Source of the DNA: Pontiella sp.
Lineage (GTDB): Bacteria; Verrucomicrobiota; Kiritimatiellia; Kiritimatiellales; Pontiellaceae
Assembly: GCA_050290185.1 (NCBI GenBank)
Contig: JBNKHE010000006.1
Location: 192,001-256,000, forward strand
Length of the DNA stretch: 64,000 nt
Reading direction: 5' to 3'
This document shows, one piece after another, positions 1-11,300 of the stretch. The position numbers were made by a program, and so were the translations under genes. How positions within the stretch are numbered: the first letter of the stretch is position 1; each line of letters starts with the position of its first letter. The notes under the pieces are model-generated. The model was given only the letters and a program-made list of their open reading frames with translations, was not told the origin of the DNA and made no database searches.

Positions 1-1043
1 AACAGCAACTTGAGACCCTCCTCCCGGAAGCCGATACCCAGGCAATAGGCAAACTGCCCCATCGGCTCCGGTCCCAGGCCAAGATGGAGCTGATTTTCCT
101 GCAAGAAAATAAACAGGATCGTGGCGTGAGCCGACAGCGCTCCCAGCAACAAGGCAGGGATAGCCAGCCGCACAGGCGCAGAACGGACCGATATCGCCCC
201 GTTGAAACGCAGGACGATCACCGCCCAGATCAACCCCGATACAAGTGCCAGAAATACCATCGCCAGATTGACATCTTCATACGCCGCCGGAATCAGCGTT
301 CGCACAAGCTCCGGCCAGTCCATTCGCGACAGTGCGATTTCCTGTTCGACATAGGCATCGATATACGGGTCGAATGCGGGGTCGCTTTTCAGCGCCCCGA
401 GTTTATCGAACTCTTTGTCGTGCAGATAATAGCCCACCAGCCGCTCCCGCATGTCGTCCTCGTTGAACAGCTCAATCTCGCGTTGCAGCGCAAGTTCGGA
501 GGCTTCGGGATCAAGCGAGCGGAAAGCGAGTGCCCATGCAAGGTTGGCATACTGAACCGGTTGCGCCGCGAGGCTTTCCAGCTGGCCGGCCGCGCGGGAA
601 CTTTTCAGCTCCGAGCCCGTCAGGGTTCTGTTGCCCGCCGCTTCCATCCCCATCTCCCCGAGCGCCGACGCTATCCCGTATTCGTTGCTGGACAGATTGG
701 AAACGACGCCATATTCGGGCACGGCCAGCCCCGTCTGCACCGGCGACAGCTGGATGACACGCCGGAAATCTTCGAGCTTTTCATAAAACGGTTGCTTGCC
801 CGCGAGGCAGTCGCGCAGGATTCCATTGACCGCGTCGGCCATCAGGGTTTCATGCCCCTGCACGAGATCGAACCCCTCCTCCACATACATCAGCTCGTAC
901 ACGCGATCAACCGGGGAAGGTTCATGGTCGTTCAACAGGCTGACCAGCGATCCGGCCGCGACAATAGCCAACCCCAGCATCAGACCGGTTTTCCATAGAA
1001 ATCCGACATTCCGCGTCCTGTAGAAAAGTTTATTCCTGTTCAT
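1..1043 (-). CDS. PrsW-family intramembrane metalloprotease with N-terminal extracytoplasmic domain (3' end runs off window)
   Basis: Not in the ORF track (no stop in window). Read by hand from ATG at 1043 (RBS-like GGAGCAGGA): N-terminal TM, then several TM helices ending AYCLGIGFREEGLKLL, the EExxK motif of PrsW proteases. Confidence 0.7.
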   Translation of the reverse strand, partial: MNRNKLFYRTRNVGFLWKTGLMLGLAIVAAGSLVSLLNDHEPSPVDRVYELMYVEEGFDLVQGHETLMADAVNGILRDCLAGKQPFYEKLEDFRRVIQLSPVQTGLAVPEYGVVSNLSSNEYGIASALGEMGMEAAGNRTLTGSELKSSRAAGQLESLAAQPVQYANLAWALAFRSLDPEASELALQREIELFNEDDMRERLVGYYLHDKEFDKLGALKSDPAFDPYIDAYVEQEIALSRMDWPELVRTLIPAAYEDVNLAMVFLALVSGLIWAVIVLRFNGAISVRSAPVRLAIPALLLGALSAHATILFIFLQENQLHLGLGPEPMGQFAYCLGIGFREEGLKLL

Positions 1044-1166
1044 TGATCCTGCTCCAAGCTGCCATCCCGTTCCTACCCTGTGGACATACCCCCGCTACCC
1101 GAAAAAGACCGAAGCCTCCAACTAAAGCCCATATATAAAAAAGGAATCCCCATTCCCGGAGATGCT

Positions 1167-2039
1167 TTAGGGGCGTTCCTGCCGTATCGGAGACCGGAAT
1201 CGTACCGTAGCCGTCACCGCAAAGTGGTCAGAGATACAACGGCCGGCCGGCATGGAAAAGTCGATGTCCGCCGCCAGCACCTTCGTGCTGGACGTGGTCA
1301 TGATGTAGTCGATCTTTGCTCCGCGTTTATCGCCCTGGAAACGGTTGAACGTGCCGACCTCTTTCGCATCGGGATGCAGTACCCGGAAAGCGTCGACCAT
1401 TACCACCGGCGTTTTACTATCGTGAGCTTTGCCCTTCAGATATTGTATGGGCAGGCTGTCTTCCGCCGTGTTGAAATCTCCGGTCAACACAAATGGAACC
1501 TCCGGCTTGCGGGCTGCGATCCGTTGGGCAATCAACTGAATTCCCTTCAATCGGGCTTCGGCCGACCGGTAATCCAGATGGGTGTTGAAGTGGTAGAAGG
1601 TTTCTCCGGTTGTTTTGCTCTTCAGCAATGCCCAGGTGCAGATGCGAACGCACGCGGCATCCCAGTTCTGCGATCGTTTTTCAGGCGTTTCAGAAAGCCA
1701 GAATGTCCCGGAATCGAGCACCTCGAATTTTCGCGTGTCGTACAGGATGCAGGAATACTCGCCCTTTTCACCACCATCGCGACCGATCCCCACTTCACCG
1801 TAGTGCGGCAATGCCTCCCGGATCTCATCGATCTGGAACCGCAAGGCTTCCTGCAGGCCAAGCATCTCCGGCGCCTGCCGTTGAATTTGGTCGATCACGG
1901 GTTGGCGCCGGTTTTTCCAGTCGTTCTCGCCGTCACCCGCCGTCCCGTAGCGGATATTGTAGCTCATCACCTTCAGATCGAGGGCCTGAACGGACCCCGC
2001 CAGGAAAAGAGTGAGCAGCATGGTATATCTTAATCCCAT
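1167..2039 (-). CDS. secreted endonuclease/exonuclease/phosphatase (EEP) family protein
   Basis: Signal peptide; motifs SYNIRY, GLQE, NTHLD, TGDFN, IDYI, SDH. Confidence 0.9.
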   Translation of the reverse strand: MGLRYTMLLTLFLAGSVQALDLKVMSYNIRYGTAGDGENDWKNRRQPVIDQIQRQAPEMLGLQEALRFQIDEIREALPHYGEVGIGRDGGEKGEYSCILYDTRKFEVLDSGTFWLSETPEKRSQNWDAACVRICTWALLKSKTTGETFYHFNTHLDYRSAEARLKGIQLIAQRIAARKPEVPFVLTGDFNTAEDSLPIQYLKGKAHDSKTPVVMVDAFRVLHPDAKEVGTFNRFQGDKRGAKIDYIMTTSSTKVLAADIDFSMPAGRCISDHFAVTATVRFRSPIRQERP

Positions 2040-2107
2040 GAAAGAAGGCTATCAGGCCGAACCGCTAAGGGCAATCCCGCGGATCGTTCATGCGGAAGAG
2101 AAGGCTT

Positions 2108-2749
2108 TTACCGCTTCACCATGCGCATGGCCAGCAGTCCGACCGGAACGAGGATCAGGACGGGCATATAATGATATTTGAGTGCATGGGCGGGCACATA
2201 CATGCAGGCCAGTTGCATCAGGGCGGCCGGAATGAGGCCGGCAATCAGGCCGTAGAGCAGGCCCAGACGCCAGGAGAAGCGCACCCAACCCCGGCGGATA
2301 AGCACCACAAAGAACAGCAGGCAGACGCCTCCATAGATGACGACTTCATGCCAGCATGCCTCGCGTTTCCCGGCCATGGTGGCTTCGGGGGCCCAATGCG
2401 TAAAACTCGATGCAAAGCCGGCCACGAACAGCGCGCCCAGAATCCAGAGCCCGAACCGTGCGGCACGCGTATTCCGGGCGCCGGGCGTCGAAGCATTCAT
2501 CAGCACATAGGCCCCGAACGCAGCGAACAGGAAGGCCGATGCAATCTCCAGCAGGAAGAGCGGATGGTGAGCCAGCTGACCGGCGAAGCCCGGCCTGAAG
2601 GTTTGAGCGGAGTGCATCCATACGCCGGAGACCCCGGCGGCCACCGCAAACCATAGGAGCGCACGGAAAGACGGCAGCATATGCGGACGCCGGCGGCGAT
2701 GATTCGTCGTCAGATCCTTGATGAAAGCCTGTTTATCCTGATTCGCCAT
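2108..2749 (-). CDS. NrsF-like (DUF1109) membrane anti-sigma factor
   Basis: About six TM segments, Cys/His motif LACMYVPAHALKYH, directly downstream of an ECF sigma. Confidence 0.75.
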   Translation of the reverse strand: MANQDKQAFIKDLTTNHRRRRPHMLPSFRALLWFAVAAGVSGVWMHSAQTFRPGFAGQLAHHPLFLLEIASAFLFAAFGAYVLMNASTPGARNTRAARFGLWILGALFVAGFASSFTHWAPEATMAGKREACWHEVVIYGGVCLLFFVVLIRRGWVRFSWRLGLLYGLIAGLIPAALMQLACMYVPAHALKYHYMPVLILVPVGLLAMRMVKR

Positions 2750-2750
2750 G

Positions 2751-3332
2751 CTATGACTCCAACTCCTTCTCCACCAAAACCGCGAGTCTTTTATAGGCCC
2801 GCGATATCCGCTTCCTCAGTGCGCCGGACGAAACCCCCTCTTTTTTTGCGGCTTCCTCGCACGACATACCATCCAATTTGGTCAACTGTACCGCCGTGGC
2901 CCACTCCGCCGGCAATTGCTTCAACAAGGCTTCGAAATTCAGGCGATCCGCCACATCGTCCTCCTCATCCGCTGAGGCATGGTGGTGCGCCAATTCGATG
3001 ACCTCATCGGTCTGTGTGAACTCCTTTCGGCGGGCCTGGGCCCGGAAATAATCCGCCAGCTTGTAGCGGATGATGGCCTGAACCCACGGTTTCAAGCTGC
3101 GCGAAGGATGATATGAAGGCAACGACCGGTGCATCGCCAACACACAGATTTGCGTCAGGTCATCCAGTTCCGGGGAAAAACCGATCCGGATCCGCAGAAC
3201 CATTTCGACATACGGGTACAAGCCGTTCAAGAGGGATTCATACGCATCGCCATCGCCTTGCTGCGCCTTGGCAGCAAGCGTCCCCATTGTTTCGAAATCC
3301 AGTGTTTCGGCGGTTCCCATAAATTTGATCAT
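2751..3332 (-). CDS. ECF sigma factor (SigF/ECF16-like)
   Basis: Region 2 (AQQGDGDAYESLL...LKPWVQAIIRYKLADYFR) and region 4 (LDGMSCEEAA...ALRKRISRAYKRL). Start more likely 3332 or 3320 than 3485. Confidence 0.85.
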   Translation of the reverse strand: MIKFMGTAETLDFETMGTLAAKAQQGDGDAYESLLNGLYPYVEMVLRIRIGFSPELDDLTQICVLAMHRSLPSYHPSRSLKPWVQAIIRYKLADYFRAQARRKEFTQTDEVIELAHHHASADEEDDVADRLNFEALLKQLPAEWATAVQLTKLDGMSCEEAAKKEGVSSGALRKRISRAYKRLAVLVEKELES

Positions 3333-3457
3333 TCCCGTGCGATACCGTACGGCTCGCTTTAGAACAAAGCCGGAACAATAGCACACGGGAATCATATTGC
3401 AAACGGGGAAGGATGGCTGAATGAACATCCTTCCCCATAGTGTTTTCATCTGGATAC

Positions 3458-3916
3458 CTAACCCTTTACAGGAAGTAGCGGGCATTGGAAATACGGCGGC
3501 GGTCCGCCTTCCGGGGAACCCACTTCCATATCGAGATAACCGTACATGTAGTACGTCAGCAGTTCGGCGTATGAATGAACCACGGGCACGGTCTCAAACA
3601 TGGCAAAACCTTCATCCGTCCACCACGCAGTATAGGTGATCCAACGACCACCGCTGAACGCTACGTTCCCCGGTGCGGCTTCCGCCACCGGAAGCTGTCC
3701 GTCCGGATTGTTGCTGTTAATGATCACGAATATCGGGTCGTAGGACTGGATATTGTGTTCATTCGGAGCCGGCAGCTCGGTAGTCCCCTTCGAGCCGTAG
3801 GTTTCTCCGTCCGCCCAAATACCCGGCGCAAAACTGGGTTTCCCCTTGTTGGCCGTCGCGGTCATGGACAGGGCCACGGATGCGATTGCGAGTAGTGCTA
3901 ATTTTTTGTTCATCAT
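3458..3916 (-). CDS. secreted hypothetical protein
   Basis: Clear signal peptide, AGGTGA RBS, protein-like composition. Confidence 0.8.
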   Translation of the reverse strand: MMNKKLALLAIASVALSMTATANKGKPSFAPGIWADGETYGSKGTTELPAPNEHNIQSYDPIFVIINSNNPDGQLPVAEAAPGNVAFSGGRWITYTAWWTDEGFAMFETVPVVHSYAELLTYYMYGYLDMEVGSPEGGPPPYFQCPLLPVKG

Positions 3917-4028
3917 CTTCTCACCTTTCGTTTAGTGTGCATGTTGCAGTTACCGTTTTGGCACGGAACCTGTTCGTCCTGACGATCACCACCTTGAACA
4001 CCGCAGATTACCTGCCTTCACTTATCTA

Positions 4029-4054
4029 TTCGGCGCGGCAATATGGTTTGTGAC
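4029..4054 (-). promoter_or_regulatory. putative ECF16/SigF-type promoter GTCACA-N16-CGAA
   Basis: Minus strand reads GTCACA-aaccatattgccgcgc-CGAA upstream of 3458-3916. Resembles the GTAACC-N16-CGAA SigF consensus. Confidence 0.55.
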
Positions 4055-4294
4055 GAAAAAACTTGATCGAATTGATCAGGCGCCGGTCAGTCGGCGGTGT
4101 GCGGAAATTCCGGCGGGAGCCGATCGCGACTGTGGAGACGTTATCAATTGCAGGGCCGGAATGGACACAGGCGTATCGGAATTCCCGTGGTAATCAGCGC
4201 CGGGGACCTCAACGCCCTCCGCCCGCATACCGTGCAGATGTCGATTACGACAGTGGTGCGAAGACACGCCTGTGTTGGAAAAAACCGGCTGTTG

Positions 4295-5134
4295 TTAGGC
4301 GGGCCAGTGCTTGTCGATGTGGGCGATGCAGTGGGCAACGGTCTCGGGACTGGATTCCTCCAGCAGGATGCTCATGCCCGGTCCGGCGGCAGAAATCAGG
4401 CTACAGAGGCGGCTGTAGTCCAGCTCGCCGAAACCAGTGGGGATCTGCTTGTACTCACCGTTTTCCATCGAGAAATCCTTGGCGTGGATAATCTTGATGC
4501 GGTCGCCGTAAAGCTGGAATGGCTCCTCGATCATGCGGGCCTGATCGTGCGCGTTATCAGCGTTGATCAGATTCACCGGATCATGGATCACGACAAGATT
4601 CGTTGATTGGATTTCGTCGAGCAGGCGTTTCATTTTTTGCGGTGTTGAAGTCGTATGATGCGTAACCGCTTCGACGGCCACTTTGACGCCGTGCTTTTCC
4701 GCTTCGGCCACCAGCTGTTCCATGGTGCGGAGCATGGCCTGGAAGTTTTCTTCGCTGCCCGTATCGGGATGAGGTGAATAACCGGGTGTCGGTGTTCCGG
4801 TTTCGAGCCCGACCAGTCCACAGCCCATGTCGCGGACATAGCGCACGTGATCCTTGAAAAAATCAATCAGGTTTGCACGAACCGCCTGATCCGGATGGAT
4901 GGGATTGATATAGCATCCGAGCACCGCAATCTGTACGCCGTTGCGCAGAAAGCCCTGGCCCACTTCCCAGGCCAGCCCGGGGTTGAGCTGGCCCGCTTTC
5001 AAGTTAAGCCCTTCAATTGCGACATTCAGCGCAACCTGTGCACAGCAGAGGTTCTTTTCCGCCAGCCGTGCACCCAGAGCGTCTGCTGAACCGGTTCCAA
5101 AATCGTGGGCACGGGCACCAATCCGTTTCATCAT
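4295..5134 (-). CDS. sugar phosphate isomerase/epimerase (AP endonuclease 2 TIM barrel)
   Basis: Motifs GCYINP, ETG, VAVEA, IHDPVN, HAKD. ATGA overlap with the upstream gene at 5131-5134. Confidence 0.85.
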   Translation of the reverse strand: MMKRIGARAHDFGTGSADALGARLAEKNLCCAQVALNVAIEGLNLKAGQLNPGLAWEVGQGFLRNGVQIAVLGCYINPIHPDQAVRANLIDFFKDHVRYVRDMGCGLVGLETGTPTPGYSPHPDTGSEENFQAMLRTMEQLVAEAEKHGVKVAVEAVTHHTTSTPQKMKRLLDEIQSTNLVVIHDPVNLINADNAHDQARMIEEPFQLYGDRIKIIHAKDFSMENGEYKQIPTGFGELDYSRLCSLISAAGPGMSILLEESSPETVAHCIAHIDKHWPA

Positions 5135-7320
5135 ATCTCCTGCAATGCTTTTTCGGCGCAAGCCTGATATTCGTTCAGTTTCTTCACTTCCACGCCGGCG
5201 AGCAGTACAATACCTATGCCGTGGGTGTCGTTGAGCTTCCAGAGCAAATCGTTGATATAGTAGTCCGGTGTGAACGAAAACTCCGAGCCGCGGCAGACGC
5301 CGTGTACGTTGCCCCTGTTATCGATCGCGATGCGGTTAAGCGCCTTCCAGGCCTTGTGTACGGCCTCGGCATAGATATCCGGATGGTCCAGCCAACCGTA
5401 GCGAATACCGCGGGAGAATGCATAGATGAACATCGAGGTGCAGGAGGTTTCCGGATAGGATTCATGATGGGTTAGCACCTGATGCCACATCCCCTCTTCA
5501 TCCTGCAGCGCGCATATGCCTTCGCAGAGGGCCCGGAAGAAGCCAATCAGGTCATCACGCCTTTCATGGTCTTCGGGAAGCACGGCGAGAAGTTCTGAAA
5601 GGGAAAACAACGGCCAGCCGTTGGCCCGCCCCCACGGAATACCGGTAGCCATCCCGCGGCCGATATCATAGACATGCGACATGATCTGCTGCTCCGGAAT
5701 ATAGAGCCGTTTCTTGAATCCGAAGAACTGGTTGGCTGCGTCGTCGATATAGCGGCGATCTCCGGTAAGCTGGTAGTAGCGGCAGAGAAAGGGCACGCTC
5801 ATATAAAGATCATCCGCCCACATGGTGTTGTTGTGAAACGTATGCATCATGTCCCGACGATAGAATGTGCCATCCTCGAAGCGGTCCTGCTTGTTGGCGA
5901 TATGATCGCCCACCAGTTCGGCAATCGGCTCGTACCCTTCGATGTCGCAATGTTTTACCACTTCCAGCATGCAGGAACCGAAGGACCCGCAGTCGTCGAG
6001 GCTGTCGATGCTCGAAAGCAGGTTATGGACATGGGTTGCTCCGCCAAATCTGGCCCGGTCCCACTTGGAATAGGGATAGGTCGTGCAGCAGAACTGTACG
6101 TGGTCGCGGACATAATCCTTAACTTTGTCCGAGCCGAGCTCCATGGACGCATGCAGAAGACCATAAAGGGTAACGCCGAGCGGATAGTTCCATTGACCGA
6201 ACAGCGGGGTTTCGTTGTAGAGCCGCAGATAGGTGTCCGGCGCATCAATCCGCCAGTATCCCTGACCTTCAGCCGTTTCGTGAATGGAGAAAAAGTCCGT
6301 AAGCGACTCCAGCTCAGGCAAGGCAGCCGGATCAAACGGTCCGGCGAAGAGCCAGATTGCATCGCTCCCCTGCAGATCGCACGGGCAGCGGGTTTCAACA
6401 TTCAGCTCGAGTTCAAATCCCCAGCCTTCTTCCGTGCCGGTGCAAAGCACCATCAGGTCATGCGATCCGGACGACAGCTTGAATTGGCCGCTCAATTCTC
6501 CGGAAACATCATTCACTGCAATCTCAGTGCCATCGCATAGTATCCGAATGCCGCCGGTGTGACTCCCCGAAAGCAATGCGTTGACCGGGCTGTCCCCGTG
6601 ATTCTCGATCTTGGTCCAGGCAATGGCCGTCCTTCCCGGTTCCGATCCGTAGATGCGGCCGCAGTTGCCCAGAGCGCGTTCGCTTTCAGACCATTCTGCA
6701 GCCGGATTCCAGACAACGTCCGTATCCCTTTCGTTCTGACCTTCAAGAGGGAGAACCTCTTGATCGGAAGGGAGCGGACTCGAGAAGAGCCACCCTTCCT
6801 GACCCTCCCTTTCGGGTGAAGGCATCATGAAGACATAAGGATGCTTGCCGATCCACGAGCCGAACTTCCATCCGAAGCCGCCACGGGTCTTTTTGGCCCG
6901 GATGACAAAGTGGTTCCAGCCGGCCTTCAGATGCAACGTAATCCGGTTATACTGCTCCGGATCCCGCTCGGAAAAAATGTTGGAGCGCCAGACTTCCTCT
7001 CCGTTTAGGAAAAGCAACATGGGGCCATAGCAGTTGAGATCAAACATGAGCTCACCAGCCGCTTCCGACCACATCTTGGCCCAGGCGTATACGCACTCCT
7101 CATTCTGTGCATCCGGAAAAAAGGTATTGAAGTCGGCCGCGTAGCGGTAGTCGATGGCGCGTTGGATCCCGCGCTCAGAATAGGCCCGGAAGGTTATTGG
7201 ACCACGGGGGTTCAGCTCCATATAGTGGTCAGCAACGACGGAGAGTGTGGTTTCCACCTGATCTCCGGCCTGCCTGGCCATACTCAAATTGTCGTCGAAA
7301 TAAAATCCCATATCATTCAC
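5131..7320 (-). CDS. GH105/GH88-type unsaturated uronyl hydrolase with long N-terminal extension
   Basis: C-terminal half has WNYPLGV, LDDCG, MWADDLYM, WGRANGW, WHQVL, ETSCTSMF. Confidence 0.88.
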   Translation of the reverse strand: MNDMGFYFDDNLSMARQAGDQVETTLSVVADHYMELNPRGPITFRAYSERGIQRAIDYRYAADFNTFFPDAQNEECVYAWAKMWSEAAGELMFDLNCYGPMLLFLNGEEVWRSNIFSERDPEQYNRITLHLKAGWNHFVIRAKKTRGGFGWKFGSWIGKHPYVFMMPSPEREGQEGWLFSSPLPSDQEVLPLEGQNERDTDVVWNPAAEWSESERALGNCGRIYGSEPGRTAIAWTKIENHGDSPVNALLSGSHTGGIRILCDGTEIAVNDVSGELSGQFKLSSGSHDLMVLCTGTEEGWGFELELNVETRCPCDLQGSDAIWLFAGPFDPAALPELESLTDFFSIHETAEGQGYWRIDAPDTYLRLYNETPLFGQWNYPLGVTLYGLLHASMELGSDKVKDYVRDHVQFCCTTYPYSKWDRARFGGATHVHNLLSSIDSLDDCGSFGSCMLEVVKHCDIEGYEPIAELVGDHIANKQDRFEDGTFYRRDMMHTFHNNTMWADDLYMSVPFLCRYYQLTGDRRYIDDAANQFFGFKKRLYIPEQQIMSHVYDIGRGMATGIPWGRANGWPLFSLSELLAVLPEDHERRDDLIGFFRALCEGICALQDEEGMWHQVLTHHESYPETSCTSMFIYAFSRGIRYGWLDHPDIYAEAVHKAWKALNRIAIDNRGNVHGVCRGSEFSFTPDYYINDLLWKLNDTHGIGIVLLAGVEVKKLNEYQACAEKALQEI

Positions 7321-7639
7321 TAAGCCACAACGGGCATTTGTTTGCTGCTATTACATCTGAGCTGCTTCCAACGACTCATCTGGATACATGTCCCCTGTCA
7401 GTCCATAGGTTGACAACCCTTAGAGCTTGCGGCAAGAACAGGAGCCGAACTGGAAATCTACAATTCCAAACATTGCGATTCTCCTGTAATAAGACATCCT
7501 ACTGTAACTCTGTTCCACCTGCCATACTGCCCGGGCGAAGAAACGGGTAATATTTATTCTTGGAATAAATCCCAGAAAGAATCCAAAAACTATTAAATTT
7601 AATCATGAAAAAGATGTCTCCGTCAATGAGGGTAGCGAA

Positions 7640-8284
7640 ATGATCAAGGGATATGTTTTCGACATGGACGGAGTGCTCTGCGACTCCGAAGCCTTTATCG
7701 CAGAGGCGGCCATCCGCATGTTCCGGGAACGGTATGGCCTGGAAGTCCACGAAGAGGATTTCATTCCTTTCGTCGGCGCAGGCGAAGATCGCTACCTGGG
7801 GGGCGTTGCCGAAAAGTACGGCATCCAGTTGACCATGCCGGACGACAAGAACGAGACCTACCGCCTCTATGCCGAATGCGCCAAAGGCAGGTTGCAACCG
7901 CTACCGGGCGTGAAGACATTTATTGCAGCGGCCAAGAACGCAGGCATCAAACTCGCCATCGCCACCAGCGCCGACGCATTCAAGCTGAAGGTCAATCTTC
8001 GTGAAATGGGCCTGGAGGAAAACCGGTTCGATGCGCTCGTCAACGGCCTCGACATCCAGCACAAGAAACCGGCCCCCGATATATTCCTGGAAGCCGCCAA
8101 CCGGCTGGGAATCGATCCCGCCGAATGTATCGTGTTCGAAGATGCGATCAACGGCGTCCAGGCCGCCAAGACCGCCGGGGCCCATTGCGTCGGCATCACC
8201 TCGTCCTTCACCAAACAGGAACTTCTGGAAGCCGATGCCGACGAAACATCTCCCAGCTTCGATAAGATTACGCTGCTCTCCTGA
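7640..8284 (+). CDS. HAD-superfamily phosphatase (beta-PGM/CbbY-like)
   Basis: FDMDGVL, KPAPDIF, FEDAINGVQAA. Confidence 0.92.
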   Translation: MIKGYVFDMDGVLCDSEAFIAEAAIRMFRERYGLEVHEEDFIPFVGAGEDRYLGGVAEKYGIQLTMPDDKNETYRLYAECAKGRLQPLPGVKTFIAAAKNAGIKLAIATSADAFKLKVNLREMGLEENRFDALVNGLDIQHKKPAPDIFLEAANRLGIDPAECIVFEDAINGVQAAKTAGAHCVGITSSFTKQELLEADADETSPSFDKITLLS

Positions 8285-8334
8285 CGCTAACCATGATGGC
8301 TTGCCGAGGATCGCGTTGCCTACGGGCTAGCTCG

Positions 8335-11300
8335 TCATGCCCCTTTTTTATGAAGCAACGGCAATGAAAAATAGAACGTCGCGCCTTTATCAAGCTCCGC
8401 TTCTGCCCAGACATGGCCCCCATGGCGGGTGATGATTCGGTGAACGGTGGCCAGCCCGATGCCGGTTCCTTCGAACTTATCAGGAGAGTGCAAGCGCTGA
8501 AAGACGCCAAAGAGCTTGTCGACATAGCGCATATCAAAACCCACGCCATTGTCCGCAACAAAGAAAACCGTTTCACCGTTTTCCTCCCGGGAGCCGACCT
8601 CTATCCGTGCAGCTTTCCTTGGGCAGGTGTATTTGATGGCATTTTCCAGAAGATTGGTCCAGACCTGACGAAGGAGGGCGTAATCCCCCGTGACGGATGG
8701 AAGATCTCCAACGATCCAGTCAATGTCACGTCCCGTACAACTCTCTCTCAACTCAACCATCACCTCCTGCAGCGCCTGGTTCATATCTACCTTTCCCCGC
8801 TGCATCTCGGCCCGACCGGTCCGGGAGAACTGTAGTAGATCGTCGATCAGAAGTCCCATCCTGCGGGCGGCACCGGCGATTGTATCCACATACTGCAGAC
8901 CTTGCTCGCTCAGACCATCGCGACAGCGCGAGACCAGCAGCCCCACATACCCGTCGATATGGCGCAACGGCGCCCGCAGGTCGTGCGAGACGGAATAGGC
9001 GAAAGCCTCGAGTTCCTTGTTGGCCGTTTCAAGCTGTGAAGTCCGCTCGGCAACTTGCTTTTCAAGCCTCAGGCTGCGTTTGTGCATGCTTCTGATCCGT
9101 AATCCATAGCCGGCGTAGGCCAGGGCCAGCAACGACCCGGCCGCGCCGCCCCTAAACCACCAGGTTTGCCACCATGGTGGAATAACAACGATTCGGATGG
9201 ATGCGCCTTGTTCATTCCACAAACCGTCGTTGTTCGATGCCCGAACCCGGAACGTGTATTCGCCGGGACTTAAGCGGGTGTACGTGGCGGATCGGTCGTT
9301 TGCATCCACATAGCGCCAGTCCTTGTCGAATCCTTCCAGCTTGTAGGCGTACCGGCTCTTCTGCGGCGACGCGTAATTCAGCGCCGCAAACCTCAAACGA
9401 ATAACATTCTGGTCATATTGAAGTGTGATCTGGTCCGCGACAGAAATGGCCTTCTTCAGCGGCGAATTCGTCCCGGGCGTGACCGGCATGTTGAACAATT
9501 CAAACCCGGTCAACATTACTGGCGGCGGATTGGTGTTGTCCGGCATCCGAGCCGGATCGAACACATTCAATCCGCTGACCCCGCCAAACGCCAGCCGTCC
9601 GTCGGGCAGGCGGACGCTGGACCGTTCGCAAAACTGGCTGCCTTGCAGCCCGTCCCCGACATCATAGTTCCGGAAAGTGCCCTTGCGCACATCCAGCTTG
9701 GAAAGGCCGGCGAGCGTGCTGACCCACACGTTGCCCTGAAGGTCAACCTGCACAGCCATCACATGATTGTTCGCCAATCCGTCCTTTTCGGTAAAATGGC
9801 GGAGGTATTTCCTGCGGGCCAGGTCAAAGCAATACAATCCGGAATACGACCCCGCCCAGAGGTTCGTGCCGTCAAAACAACTGATCAACGGGCCCGGGAG
9901 CTGGCTGCGCGGCGATGAGGATTCATAGGCGTAGGCGGTGTATTTTTGCCGGGCCGGTTCAAACTGGTAGAGGCCCGCAGGCGCATTGGCCAGCCACAGG
10001 GATTGCGCGTTCTCGACAAACAGCGAAATCGGATACAGATCGGGCAAACTGTCGGTATCGGCACCGTGGGGTCTGAAATGAGTGAAAGTCCGACCGTCAA
10101 AAAAATCCAGCCCCGCGCCATGGACGGCAATCCAGAGTCCGCCGCCGGGATTCGCTTTGATATCATTCACATGGTTGCCTCCCAGGCTGTGCGGATCACC
10201 GGGATCGTGCTGATAGCGTGTGAAGTTTGTTCCATCGAAACTGCACAAGCCCGCCGAGTAGGTGCCGAGCCACAATTTTCCGTCCGTGCCTTCGGTGATC
10301 GTGTCAATGAGTCCAGGACTTATCGTGCCGGGATCTTCGGGGTCGTTCAGGTAGCGGACAAAGCGGCCCTGCTCGAAACGATTCAATCCCCCGGCGGTGC
10401 CCACCCATAGATCCCCGCCCCGATCACAGTAGAGAGCCGAGACGGTGCTCTGGCTCAGGCTTCCGGGATCGAAAGGATTATTCTGATACGTCATGAATCT
10501 TTCCGGCTCGCCGGACCAGCGATTGACTCCGCCGTTCAATGTGCCAATCCAGAGCGCACCCACGTTATCCTCGTAAAGCGCGCCACTGTTAATCTCGTTA
10601 TCGCTGAGGCTGGCCGGATTGCCAGACTCATGCCGGTAGTGGGTGAACGTTCCGCGCTTCCGGTCCATAAGGTCCAATCCTCCGTCGGTCGCCACCCAAA
10701 AACGTCCCGCCCGATCCTCGTGAACCATGCTGACATAATCATTGCCCAAGCCCTCCGGATCGTTGGGAGCGAAGCGGTAGCGGATGAAATTTCCGGCTTC
10801 CGGGTTCCACCGGTTCAGTCCCGCGCGGGTGGAAATCCACAGCGTGCCCTCGCAGTCCTGAAAGATGTCATTGACCGCATTGTCGCTCAGGCTGTTGGTA
10901 TCGCCGATGACGTTGCTGTAACGCGTAAATCGCCCCGTCACTCGATCCAGCACGCTCACGCCGGCGTGACGCGTACCCACCCAGAGCAGCCCGGTCGTGC
11001 GGTCCAGACACATTGCCCGCACATCGCTGTCGCCCAGACTGGATGGGTTGTCAGGCTCGTGGCGATAGGTGAAGAAAGTTCCATTGCTCCGGTTAAAGCG
11101 GCTTAAACCCTGGATGGTGCCCACCCAAAAAACTCCGGCTTCATCCTCATACAACGCCTTCACACCATCATCCGGCAGACTGTTCGTGTCCCCCTCGCGA
11201 TGCCGGTAGTGAACAAAACTATCCGTGTCGCGATCATACCGATCCAACCCCCTGGCTTGCGCCACCCACAAGGTGTGCTGGCGGTCTTCATACAGTGCCC

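Noticed and set aside
84..998. 304-aa plus-strand ORF and other long antisense ORFs (for example 22855-24120, 26895-27986, 44010-45203)
   Set aside because: They are shadows of well-supported opposite-strand genes in GC-rich DNA.
4085..4140. Cobalamin-riboswitch-like words (ggtg..aaattccgg..actgtg)
   Set aside because: Core stems are not convincingly formed and there is no co-oriented downstream gene.
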